Origin: an uncultured Bacteroidota bacterium
Lineage (GTDB): Bacteria; Bacteroidota; Bacteroidia; Flavobacteriales; Flavobacteriaceae
Length of the DNA: 64,000 bases
Assembly (NCBI GenBank): GCA_902594745.1
Contig: CACJNF010000005.1
Location: 608-64,607, forward strand
Direction: 5' to 3'
Within the stretch, counting starts at the first letter, position 1, and the number at the start of each line of letters is the position of its first letter. The position numbers were made by a program, and so were the translations under genes. Under the pieces are notes generated by a model. It did no database searches, was not told the origin of the DNA, and saw nothing but the letters and a program-made list of their open reading frames with translations. Positions 39,024-47,466 of the stretch are shown here, piece by piece.

Positions 39024-40736
39024 ATGCAAAACAAATTTGATGCTATAGTTGTAGGAACTGGAATAAGTGGTGGATGGGCAGCAAAAGAATTAACCGAAAA
39101 AGGCCTCAAAACTCTTGTTCTTGAGAGAGGTAGAATGATTAATCATATTGATGACTATCATACTGCGAACATGGAGCCATGGGACTTCAAAGGCGGTGAT
39201 ACAATTACACAGGACGCATATAAAAGACAGCCAAAACAAAGTAGAACAGGTTATGTTAATAAAGAATCGTCAAGACATTTTTTTGTGGATGATATCGAAC
39301 ATCCATATAATGACGATGAAAATAAATTTAATTGGATTAGGGGATATCATGTTGGAGGGAGATCTTTAACATGGGGAAGACATACTTATAGGCTCTCCGA
39401 ATTTGATTTTGAAGCAAACTTAAAAGATGGAATTGCAGTTGATTGGCCTATTAGATACAAAGATATAGCTCCATGGTATGATTATGTTGAACAATATATT
39501 GGAGTTCAAGGAAGAGCAGAAGGACTACCACAATTCCCTGACGGAAAATTTTTAAAGCCGTTTGAGTTAAATGTACTAGAACAACATATGCGTGAAAGCA
39601 TTTCCAAAAGTTTTAATGATGGTAGAATACTCTCTAATGCTAGGACTGCTCATATAACTGAAGGAACTAAACCAGGTCTTGGAAGGGTTACATGTCAATA
39701 TAGAAATAGATGTATGAGGGGGTGCCCTTATGGTGCATATTTTAGCAGCAACTCTTCAACACTTCCTGCTGCAGAAGCAACAGGCAATATGACTTTAATG
39801 CCTAATTCAATAGTTCATGAGATAATTTATGATGAGGATAAAAAAAGAGCTAAGGGTGTAAGAGTGATAGATTCAGAAAACAATCAATCATACGAGTACT
39901 ATGCCAAAGTTATTTTTCTATGTTCTTCAGCAATAGCATCAACATCCATTCTGATGCAATCAAAATCTAATAGATTTCCAAATGGAATGGGGAACGATTC
40001 AGGAGAACTAGGACATAATCTGATGGATCATCATTTTCAGACTGGAGCATATGGAACTTTTGATGGATTTAAAAACAAAACTACTTATGGAAGAAAACCT
40101 GCTGGATTTTTTATCCCTAGATTTAGAAATATTGGAGGTATTACAAATAGAAAAGATTTTATAAGAGGATATGGATACCAAGGTGGAGCCAGTAGAGGCT
40201 CAAAAAGTATTGCTAACAGCAAGGAAGAGCTTGCAGCTTATGGTAAAAGATTCAAAGAGATTATTGTCCAAGATGGTGAATGGTCAGGATCAATGGGAGC
40301 ATTTGGAGAAATTCTACCTTATCATGATAACAGAATGACTCTAGATTATGATAAACTTGATAAGTGGGGTCTTCCTACAGTTACATTTAACGCTACAATT
40401 AGAGAGAATGAAATTGCTATGAGAAAAGATATGAAGCAACAAGCTATTGAGATGTTAGAGAGATCTGGTTTTAAAAATGTAACGGGTACAGGTTCTGATG
40501 ATAATTACGTATTTGGAAACGGAATCCATGAAATGGGAACGGCAAGAATGGGTAGAGATCCAAAGACATCTATTTTAAATGGAAATAATCAAATACACAG
40601 TGTTAAAAACGTATATGTTACTGATGGTGCTTGTATGACATCAGCTGGAAATCAAAACCCATCAATCACATATATGGCATTAACAGCTAGAGCAGCGAAC
40701 CATGCAGTTGAAGAGTTAAACAAACAAAATATTTAA
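39024..40736 (+). CDS. GMC-family FAD-dependent oxidoreductase (sugar/glycoside dehydrogenase large subunit)
   Basis: N-terminal FAD fold FDAIVVGTGISGGWAAKEL...LVLERG and the C-terminal GMC domain (…HEMGTARMG…). Length 570 aa, with no signal peptide of its own. Confidence 0.85.
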   Translation: MQNKFDAIVVGTGISGGWAAKELTEKGLKTLVLERGRMINHIDDYHTANMEPWDFKGGDTITQDAYKRQPKQSRTGYVNKESSRHFFVDDIEHPYNDDENKFNWIRGYHVGGRSLTWGRHTYRLSEFDFEANLKDGIAVDWPIRYKDIAPWYDYVEQYIGVQGRAEGLPQFPDGKFLKPFELNVLEQHMRESISKSFNDGRILSNARTAHITEGTKPGLGRVTCQYRNRCMRGCPYGAYFSSNSSTLPAAEATGNMTLMPNSIVHEIIYDEDKKRAKGVRVIDSENNQSYEYYAKVIFLCSSAIASTSILMQSKSNRFPNGMGNDSGELGHNLMDHHFQTGAYGTFDGFKNKTTYGRKPAGFFIPRFRNIGGITNRKDFIRGYGYQGGASRGSKSIANSKEELAAYGKRFKEIIVQDGEWSGSMGAFGEILPYHDNRMTLDYDKLDKWGLPTVTFNATIRENEIAMRKDMKQQAIEMLERSGFKNVTGTGSDDNYVFGNGIHEMGTARMGRDPKTSILNGNNQIHSVKNVYVTDGACMTSAGNQNPSITYMALTARAANHAVEELNKQNI

Positions 40737-40738
40737 TT

Positions 40739-41284
40739 ATGAATAGAAGAGAAGCTTTAAAAAATATAAGTATTTCATTTGGCTCAATAACTTTGTCAGC
40801 TGGAGTTTTATCAATGTTTCAGTCATGTCAAAGTAATAATTCTGATTGGTCTCCAGAATTTTTTTCTAATAACCAATTGAGTTTTGTAGACAGAATGTTT
40901 GAATTAATAATTCCAGAGACAGATACACCTGGAGCTATCTCACTTAATCTATCAAGCTTCGTTGATTCATATATAAGTAGAAATATTCCTTCTAAAAATC
41001 AATCAGAACTTTCTTCAGAAATTAATGAGTTCTTGAATATTATTTTAAAGAATGAGAGTAAAAATAATATAAGTGAGGTTGATGATATTTCCTTAGAAAC
41101 ATACTTATCAAATCATATAGATAATAAATCCTTTAAGGAGTCTAATGGTGAAAACTATTCTCAAATTTGTGAATTGTTAAGAGAGATGGCTTTTAGATCC
41201 TATAAACTTTCAGAGTACGTATTAATTAATAAGCTAAGGTATGTTCCAGTACCTGGTTATTATGATGGTAATGTTGATATTTAA
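40739..41284 (+). CDS. Gluconate 2-dehydrogenase subunit-3-like small protein with Tat signal
   Basis: MNRREALKNISISFGSITLSAGVLSMFQSC is a twin-arginine signal plus lipobox. It lies directly downstream of the GMC gene (2-nt gap), the usual arrangement for hitch-hiker export of the flavoprotein. Confidence 0.7.
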   Translation: MNRREALKNISISFGSITLSAGVLSMFQSCQSNNSDWSPEFFSNNQLSFVDRMFELIIPETDTPGAISLNLSSFVDSYISRNIPSKNQSELSSEINEFLNIILKNESKNNISEVDDISLETYLSNHIDNKSFKESNGENYSQICELLREMAFRSYKLSEYVLINKLRYVPVPGYYDGNVDI

Positions 41285-41688
41285 TCAAGAATCCTAAAAT
41301 ACTCTAGAATTTCTCTTGCCTCTTCCTCCAATAAATTTTGATTATACATATATTCAAAATCATATTTCTCTAGTAATTCTATCGCAATAGGATCTTCTTC
41401 AAGCATTTTAATAGGGTTTAAAATCATATTCATTATCCATTCAGGTGACCTTCTATCAAGAATTCCTGACATAGCTGGACCAATATAGTCTTCATTAATC
41501 ATGTGACAGGATGTACAAAGTTGATTAAATAATTTTTCACCAGAGTTTGCCATAGAAATATTCACCTTATCTTCAAGTATAACATTGATAATTGGACCAA
41601 CTCCTTTATTAGACAAAGAATCAGATCTTTTAGAATTGTTTTGACATCCGATTGAAATAAATAAAAGAATTAATAAAACCTTCTTCAA
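41281..41688 (-). CDS. Mono-haem c-type cytochrome, lipoprotein
   Basis: Lipobox LFISIGC, haem-binding CTSCH, and a downstream Met in IGPAMSG. Length 135 aa. Confidence 0.85.
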   Translation of the reverse strand: MKKVLLILLFISIGCQNNSKRSDSLSNKGVGPIINVILEDKVNISMANSGEKLFNQLCTSCHMINEDYIGPAMSGILDRRSPEWIMNMILNPIKMLEEDPIAIELLEKYDFEYMYNQNLLEEEAREILEYFRILD

Positions 41689-41715
41689 TAGAATAAGTTT
41701 TCAAAAATTAACATT

Positions 41716-42213
41716 TTAGAGTACAATAAATTCACCCATCATTAATTGATAGTGGCCTGGAAATGAACAAATAAATGTGTAGGTGCCAGGTTCAGGAGCA
41801 TCGAAAGTTATTGTATCAGACTCTCCTCCCCCTAACATTTTTGTAAATGCAATCTCATCTCCACCTTCAGGAATATAATCATTATCTCTTGCACTAACTG
41901 CCCTAAGAGCATAATCATCTACATCAATATCTTTTTTTATTAGTACAAAATTATGTCCCATTGAAATAGCAGGAAATCTACCAGTATGATTTAATGTTAA
42001 AGTAACGCTCTCATTCGCATTCACTCTAATTATTCTTTTATCAAACTTCATCTGATCATTAGAATTTAAAATTACATTATTTGAAACTGAATTACTTTGA
42101 GTGGAAACATTGTCTTCTTTGACTCTTTCATATTGAAACCTCTCTTTTGATGTATTAGAATTGTTACATGAAAGAATTAATAAAATTGCTAGAATTGAAA
42201 GAATCTTTTTCAT
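41716..42213 (-). CDS. Azurin-type blue copper protein (cupredoxin), lipoprotein
   Basis: Lipobox LILSC and an S/N-rich linker. The type-1 copper ligands are in azurin spacing: SMGHNFVL (His) and CSFPGHYQLM (Cys-x4-His-x3-Met). Confidence 0.85.
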   Translation of the reverse strand: MKKILSILAILLILSCNNSNTSKERFQYERVKEDNVSTQSNSVSNNVILNSNDQMKFDKRIIRVNANESVTLTLNHTGRFPAISMGHNFVLIKKDIDVDDYALRAVSARDNDYIPEGGDEIAFTKMLGGGESDTITFDAPEPGTYTFICSFPGHYQLMMGEFIVL

Positions 42214-42230
42214 AATAGTTTTATTTATTT

Positions 42231-42238
42231 CAAATTTA
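42231..42238 (-). promoter_or_regulatory. Candidate -7 promoter box (TAAATTTG) for the azurin-cytochrome c operon
   Basis: The minus strand reads TAAATTTG, 17 nt upstream of the azurin ATG (42213). Confidence 0.4.
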
Positions 42239-42293
42239 TCATAGAAAATTTAAATTACACAATACAAGCTAATTAATATTTCTGATTTGATAA

Positions 42294-43211
42294 TCAATCA
42301 TTCTTATTCTTAATAGACACAAGATAAACTCCTATAAATACTAATGCACATGCTATTATTTTTGTTGAATCTAAAGTATCATTAGCAGTTAATAATGCAA
42401 ATATTATTGTTATAATTGGTTGTAAATATATGAATGAGCCAATTACTGTTGGAGATAATGTCTTTAATGCATAAATATTTAATAAATATGTCATAAATGT
42501 TGTGCCAATTACAACATAAATCATTCTCCATACAGCATACCAAGGTAATTCAGCCCATTCTACTTCAACAAATTGATTATATGTAATAGGAGTTGATAAA
42601 ACCAATCCAATCAAGAATAACCACTTCATTAAAGTAAAAATGTTGTATTTCGCAGTTAAAGGCTTAACTATTATTAAATATCCAGCATAGGCAGAGGCAT
42701 TAAGTAAGAAAAATGAATTTCCTAGAGGAATATTTGGTGCATTTATACCTATTTTACTACTATTAATAATCAAAAAAATTGCGCCAGAGAAACCAATGAT
42801 AATTCCTAGAATCTTTTTCATTGTAACTTTCTCCTTCAAGAAAAAATAAGATAATATGAGAACAATAACAGGTGATAAAGTTATTATTACACCACTATTA
42901 ATAGGAGTAGACAGTTCAAGACCTCTAAAAAAGGCTAACATATTTGTGCACATACCTAGAATTGAAGCAAAAACTATCTTTGGGATATCTTTGGATTCAA
43001 TCCTCTCTTTTGGAGTAAAAAAGCTAATCAACCAAAAAAGGGCTGTTGCTCCCAAAAGCCTAAGCATAATAAAACCTGCTGAACCTATATAGACTGGCAT
43101 TACTTCTTTAGCAACAGTATGATTGATTCCATATATTGTTGTTGCTATAAATGCTGCAGCAAGAGCTAAATATCTGCTATTCATCTGAGATTTTGCAACA
43201 AAGAAAATCAT
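42294..43211 (-). CDS. EamA/DMT-superfamily transporter
   Basis: About 10 TM helices in two EamA repeats. Length 305 aa. An alternative start at the internal Met (MNSRYL...) is possible. Confidence 0.8.
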   Translation of the reverse strand: MIFFVAKSQMNSRYLALAAAFIATTIYGINHTVAKEVMPVYIGSAGFIMLRLLGATALFWLISFFTPKERIESKDIPKIVFASILGMCTNMLAFFRGLELSTPINSGVIITLSPVIVLILSYFFLKEKVTMKKILGIIIGFSGAIFLIINSSKIGINAPNIPLGNSFFLLNASAYAGYLIIVKPLTAKYNIFTLMKWLFLIGLVLSTPITYNQFVEVEWAELPWYAVWRMIYVVIGTTFMTYLLNIYALKTLSPTVIGSFIYLQPIITIIFALLTANDTLDSTKIIACALVFIGVYLVSIKNKND

Positions 43212-43246
43212 TTTAGTTGAAAAGTATGGTTAAAGTCCAATATCTT

Positions 43247-43254
43247 TATCTTTG
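43247..43254 (+). promoter_or_regulatory. Candidate -7 promoter box (TATCTTTG) 6 nt upstream of ATG 43261
   Basis: Exact TAnnTTTG match. It overlaps the TTG start proposed by the ORF track (43252), which favours ATG 43261 and a near-leaderless transcript. Confidence 0.35.
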
Positions 43255-43260
43255 CACTGT

Positions 43261-44412
43261 ATGAAGAAAAAATTAAAATTTAATTCTAGAGCTATACATG
43301 GTGGACAAATTTTAGATCCGGCATATGGATCTGTGATGACACCTATTTATCAAACATCTACATACTCTCAAACTTCTCCTGGTGTTCATAAAGGTTACGA
43401 ATATAGTAGAACTCATAATCCAACTAGAACTAATTTTGAAAGATCAATAGCTTCTCTTGAAAACGGAAATTATGGTCTAGCCTTTGCTTCAGGTTTAGCA
43501 GCAATTGACGCTATTGTTAAGACTTTAGACCCTGGTGATGAGATAATATCAACAAATGATTTATATGGAGGAAGTTATAGACTATTTAAACAAATATTTG
43601 AGAAATATGACCTAAAGTTTCACTTCGTAAACATGGAAAATTTAGATGAAGTATCAAAAAAAATAAATAAGAAAACTAAACTTATTTGGGCTGAAACACC
43701 TACAAACCCTATGATGAATGTTGTTGATATAGAATCAATATCAAAAATTGCTAAAAAAAATCAAATACTTCTATGCATTGATAATACTTTTGCATCTCCA
43801 TATATACAAAGGCCACTTGAGCTAGGTGCAGATATTGTCATGCACTCTGCTACAAAATATATCGCGGGTCATAGTGATGTTGTTATTGGTGCTATTGTTG
43901 TTAACGATGAGCAACTTTATAATAAGTTATCATTTATTCAAAATGCTTCAGGAGCTACACCTGGACCAATGGATTGTTTTCTTACACTAAGAGGAATTAA
44001 GACATTGCATTTAAGAATGCAAAGACATTCAGAAAATGCTGAAAAAGTAGCAATTTTCTTGAGAAATCATAATAAAATAGGCAATGTATACTGGGCAGGA
44101 TTTTCAGATAATAAAAATTATAAAATTGCAGAAAAACAAATGCATGTATTTGGAGGTATGGTTTCATTCATCCCAAAAGACAATTCTTTTGAATCTGCAA
44201 AAAAAATAGCAGAGAATCTTAAATTATTTACCCTAGCTGAATCATTGGGTGGAGTTGAGAGTCTTTGTTGTCATCCTGCTAGTATGACACATGCTTCAAT
44301 ACCACCTGAGGAAAGAAAAAAATCAGGATTAGTAGAATCTTTATTAAGATTAAGTGTTGGAATTGAGGATTCAGAGGATCTAATAGAAGATTTAAATAAT
44401 GCAATTGGTTGA
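43261..44412 (+). CDS. Cys/Met-metabolism PLP-dependent enzyme (cystathionine gamma-synthase/beta-lyase/gamma-lyase family)
   Basis: PLP-lysine motif HSATKYIAGHSD plus YSRTHNPT. About 383 aa. Confidence 0.85.
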   Translation: MKKKLKFNSRAIHGGQILDPAYGSVMTPIYQTSTYSQTSPGVHKGYEYSRTHNPTRTNFERSIASLENGNYGLAFASGLAAIDAIVKTLDPGDEIISTNDLYGGSYRLFKQIFEKYDLKFHFVNMENLDEVSKKINKKTKLIWAETPTNPMMNVVDIESISKIAKKNQILLCIDNTFASPYIQRPLELGADIVMHSATKYIAGHSDVVIGAIVVNDEQLYNKLSFIQNASGATPGPMDCFLTLRGIKTLHLRMQRHSENAEKVAIFLRNHNKIGNVYWAGFSDNKNYKIAEKQMHVFGGMVSFIPKDNSFESAKKIAENLKLFTLAESLGGVESLCCHPASMTHASIPPEERKKSGLVESLLRLSVGIEDSEDLIEDLNNAIG

Positions 44413-44414
44413 TC

Positions 44415-45173
44415 ATGGACATTCCAATAAATAAAAAAATATACTTTTCATCCGATAATCACCTAGGAGCACCTTCAATTGAAGAAAGTCATGCAAGAGA
44501 AAAGATATTTGTCTCATGGTTGGACTCAATTAAAGATGATGCTGATATCATTTTTTTATTAGGAGATTTATTTGATTTTTGGTTTGAGTATAAAGAGGCT
44601 ATTCCAAAAGGATTTACTAGAGTTCTTGGAAAACTAGCTGAACTATCTGACTCTGGAATTAAAATTTATTTTTTTGTTGGTAATCATGACTATTGGATGA
44701 ATGATTATTTTGAAAAGGAGTTAAACATTAAGGTGTTTAGGTCACCTGAACTCTTTGTATTTAATTCAAAATCATTCTATATAGGACATGGTGATGGTCT
44801 TGGACCTGGTGACTATGGGTATAAAAGAATGAAGTTGATATTATCGAATAGTTTTTTCATTAAAATGTATAGACTAATTCACCCTGATATAGGTATATGG
44901 CTTGGAAAATATTTTTCACAAAAAAATAAATTATTATCAGGAAAAGAGGATCTAAAGTTTAAAGGTGAGGATAAAGAATGGTTAATTCAGTTCTGTGAAA
45001 AAAAACTATCAAAGGAACATATTGACTATTTTATTTTTGGACATAGACATCTACCCATTGTTCATCAACTAAAGTCAAAATCAAAATACATTAACCTAGG
45101 TGACTGGATCACACACTATACTTATGGTGTATTTGATGGTAAAACGTTTAATCTTAGAACCTATTCAGCTTAA
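44415..45173 (+). CDS. lpxH: UDP-2,3-diacylglucosamine diphosphatase (LpxH-type metallophosphoesterase)
   Basis: Calcineurin-like motifs SDNHLG, GDLFDFW, GNHD and GHRH. About 252 aa. The ORF-track TTG at 44409 is two codons upstream. Confidence 0.75.
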   Translation: MDIPINKKIYFSSDNHLGAPSIEESHAREKIFVSWLDSIKDDADIIFLLGDLFDFWFEYKEAIPKGFTRVLGKLAELSDSGIKIYFFVGNHDYWMNDYFEKELNIKVFRSPELFVFNSKSFYIGHGDGLGPGDYGYKRMKLILSNSFFIKMYRLIHPDIGIWLGKYFSQKNKLLSGKEDLKFKGEDKEWLIQFCEKKLSKEHIDYFIFGHRHLPIVHQLKSKSKYINLGDWITHYTYGVFDGKTFNLRTYSA

Positions 45174-45174
45174 A

Positions 45175-46374
45175 ATGATTGAGCCAAAAAAGTCAAATTA
45201 TGAAAATACTGTTTTAGTTGGAGTTGTCAATGATTCCCAAGATGAAGAAAAATTATCAGAATTTTTAGAAGAATTAGAGTTTCTGTCTGTTACAGCTGGC
45301 GGGAATGTTGTTAAAAAATTCACTCAAAAGATAAATACACCAAATCCAAGAACATTTATTGGAAAAGGAAAAATTGATGAGATATTGAAATATGTCAAAG
45401 TCAACGATGTCTCAGTAGTAGTATTTGATGATGAACTGTCTCCCACTCAACAAGCAAATATTGAAAGAATTTTAAAGTGTAAAATTCTTGATAGAACTGC
45501 TCTTATTCTTGACATTTTTGCTCAAAGAGCAAAAACAAGTTACGCTAAAACTCAAGTTGAACTTGCTCAGTATGAGTATTTACTGCCGAGACTAAAAGGA
45601 CTATGGACCCACCTTGAAAGACAAAGAGGGGGTATTGGTATGAGAGGTCCAGGTGAGACTGAGATAGAAACTGATAGAAGAATTGTTAGGGATAAAATTT
45701 CACTATTAAAAAGAAAAATATCTACAATTGATAAACAGATGAAGGTCCAAAGAGGAAATAGAGGATCGTTAGTTAGAGTGGCATTGGTAGGATATACTAA
45801 TGTAGGAAAGTCAACAATAATGAATATGTTGTCTAAAAGTAATGTTTTTGCGGAAGACAAATTATTTGCAACACTTGATACTACAGTAAGAAAGGTTGTT
45901 ATTAATACATTACCATTTCTTCTAACTGATACAGTAGGTTTTATAAGAAAATTACCTACACAACTTATCGAGTCTTTCAAAAGCACTTTGGAAGAGGTTA
46001 AAGATGCCGACATACTTCTACATATAGTTGATATATCTCATCCAAGCTTTGAAGACCATATCGACTCCGTGAATAATATTTTGAATGAAATTAATTGCCA
46101 CAATAAATATAACTTGATGATTTTCAATAAAATTGATAAATATCAAGCTATTGATTTTAATGACTCATATTCTGGAAAAAATGGTTACTACTCTTTACAA
46201 CAATGGAGAAATACGTGGATGAATAAGACTAATGGTAAGGCCTTATTTATTTCAGCTAAGAATAAAGTTAATTTTGATAGTTTAAGAAAAGAAATATATG
46301 AACTAGTAAAGAATGTTGATATGAGTCATTATCCAAAAAATGATTATTTATACCCCGAATACTTTTCAAAGTAA
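45175..46374 (+). CDS. hflX: GTPase HflX
   Basis: HflX N-domain (…LDIFAQRAKTSYAKTQVELAQ…GGIGMRGPGETEIE…), G1 GYTNVGKST and G3 DTVGF. The real start is most likely ATG 45175, 1 nt after the lpxH stop, not the ORF-track start at 45100. Confidence 0.9.
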   Translation: MIEPKKSNYENTVLVGVVNDSQDEEKLSEFLEELEFLSVTAGGNVVKKFTQKINTPNPRTFIGKGKIDEILKYVKVNDVSVVVFDDELSPTQQANIERILKCKILDRTALILDIFAQRAKTSYAKTQVELAQYEYLLPRLKGLWTHLERQRGGIGMRGPGETEIETDRRIVRDKISLLKRKISTIDKQMKVQRGNRGSLVRVALVGYTNVGKSTIMNMLSKSNVFAEDKLFATLDTTVRKVVINTLPFLLTDTVGFIRKLPTQLIESFKSTLEEVKDADILLHIVDISHPSFEDHIDSVNNILNEINCHNKYNLMIFNKIDKYQAIDFNDSYSGKNGYYSLQQWRNTWMNKTNGKALFISAKNKVNFDSLRKEIYELVKNVDMSHYPKNDYLYPEYFSK

Positions 46375-46382
46375 TATTTTTG
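46375..46382 (+). promoter_or_regulatory. Candidate -7 promoter box (TATTTTTG) upstream of the MoxR-Bat operon
   Basis: Exact TAnnTTTG match immediately after the hflX stop and 77 nt upstream of ATG 46459. Confidence 0.3.
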
Positions 46383-46458
46383 TTAAAATCAATTTAACCA
46401 ATTCTTAACAGGAGATTTACTAATAAATTTTGAAATTTAATAATTAAAACAAGTAGTT

Positions 46459-47463
46459 ATGAGTGATACAAACAAGAATGTAGATTTAGGTAAAAAAGAT
46501 GAATTAATCAAAAAAGAGAGTGCTTTTGTAGATTTACTTTCAATGGAAATTAATAAAAAGATTGTTGGTCAGAAAACAATGATTGAAAGACTTTTAATAG
46601 GTCTATTGGGGAAAGGACATATTTTACTTGAAGGTGTTCCAGGACTTGCCAAAACATTGGCTATTAATAGTCTTAGTAACGCCGTCAAAGGCTCATTTAG
46701 CAGAATTCAATTTACACCAGATCTTCTTCCTGCTGATGTCATTGGAACTATGATTTATAATATGAAATCAGGTACATTTTCTATTAAACAGGGACCAGTT
46801 TTTGCAAATTTTGTATTAGCAGATGAGATAAACAGAGCACCCGCTAAAGTTCAATCAGCATTGCTTGAAGCTATGCAAGAAAAACAGGTAACTATTGGTG
46901 ATAAAACATTCAAATTAACCGATCCTTTTCTAGTAATGGCTACTCAAAACCCTGTTGAGCAAGAAGGTACATATCCTCTTCCAGAGGCACAAGTAGATAG
47001 GTTTATGCTAAAAGTTGTAGTGGATTATCCTAAACTTGAAGAAGAACAAAAGATTATAAATATGAATTTATCTTCGAAAGAAGATAAAATAAAGCCTGTT
47101 GTGACAACTAAGCAAATATTAACTGCTCAAAATTTAGTTAATGAAGTATACATGGATGAAAAAATTGAAAAGTATATATTAGATCTAATTTTCTGTACTA
47201 GATACCCAGAAAAATATAATCTTAAAAACTTATCCCCTCTTATTTCATTTGGTGCTTCACCGAGAGGAAGTATCAACCTGGCACTTGCAGCTAAATGTTA
47301 TGCGTTTATAAATCACAGAGGCTTCGTAATACCAGAAGATGTAAGAGAAGTCATAACTGATGTTCTTAGACATAGAATTGGTTTAACATATGAAGCTGAG
47401 GCTGAAAACGTATCTACTGAAGATGTAATTAAACAAATAGTAAATACAGTTGAAGTACCATAG
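46459..47463 (+). CDS. MoxR-family AAA+ ATPase
   Basis: Walker A EGVPGLAKT and Walker B/sensor region VLADEINRAPAKVQSALLEAMQE. Length 334 aa. Confidence 0.9.
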   Translation: MSDTNKNVDLGKKDELIKKESAFVDLLSMEINKKIVGQKTMIERLLIGLLGKGHILLEGVPGLAKTLAINSLSNAVKGSFSRIQFTPDLLPADVIGTMIYNMKSGTFSIKQGPVFANFVLADEINRAPAKVQSALLEAMQEKQVTIGDKTFKLTDPFLVMATQNPVEQEGTYPLPEAQVDRFMLKVVVDYPKLEEEQKIINMNLSSKEDKIKPVVTTKQILTAQNLVNEVYMDEKIEKYILDLIFCTRYPEKYNLKNLSPLISFGASPRGSINLALAAKCYAFINHRGFVIPEDVREVITDVLRHRIGLTYEAEAENVSTEDVIKQIVNTVEVP

Positions 47464-47466
47464 TTA

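Noticed and set aside
45100-45174. Upstream extension of hflX (ORF-track start 45100) overlapping lpxH by 74 nt.
   Set aside because: The extension has no similarity to HflX N-termini. ATG 45175 sits 1 nt after the lpxH stop, and its product begins with a plausible HflX N-domain.
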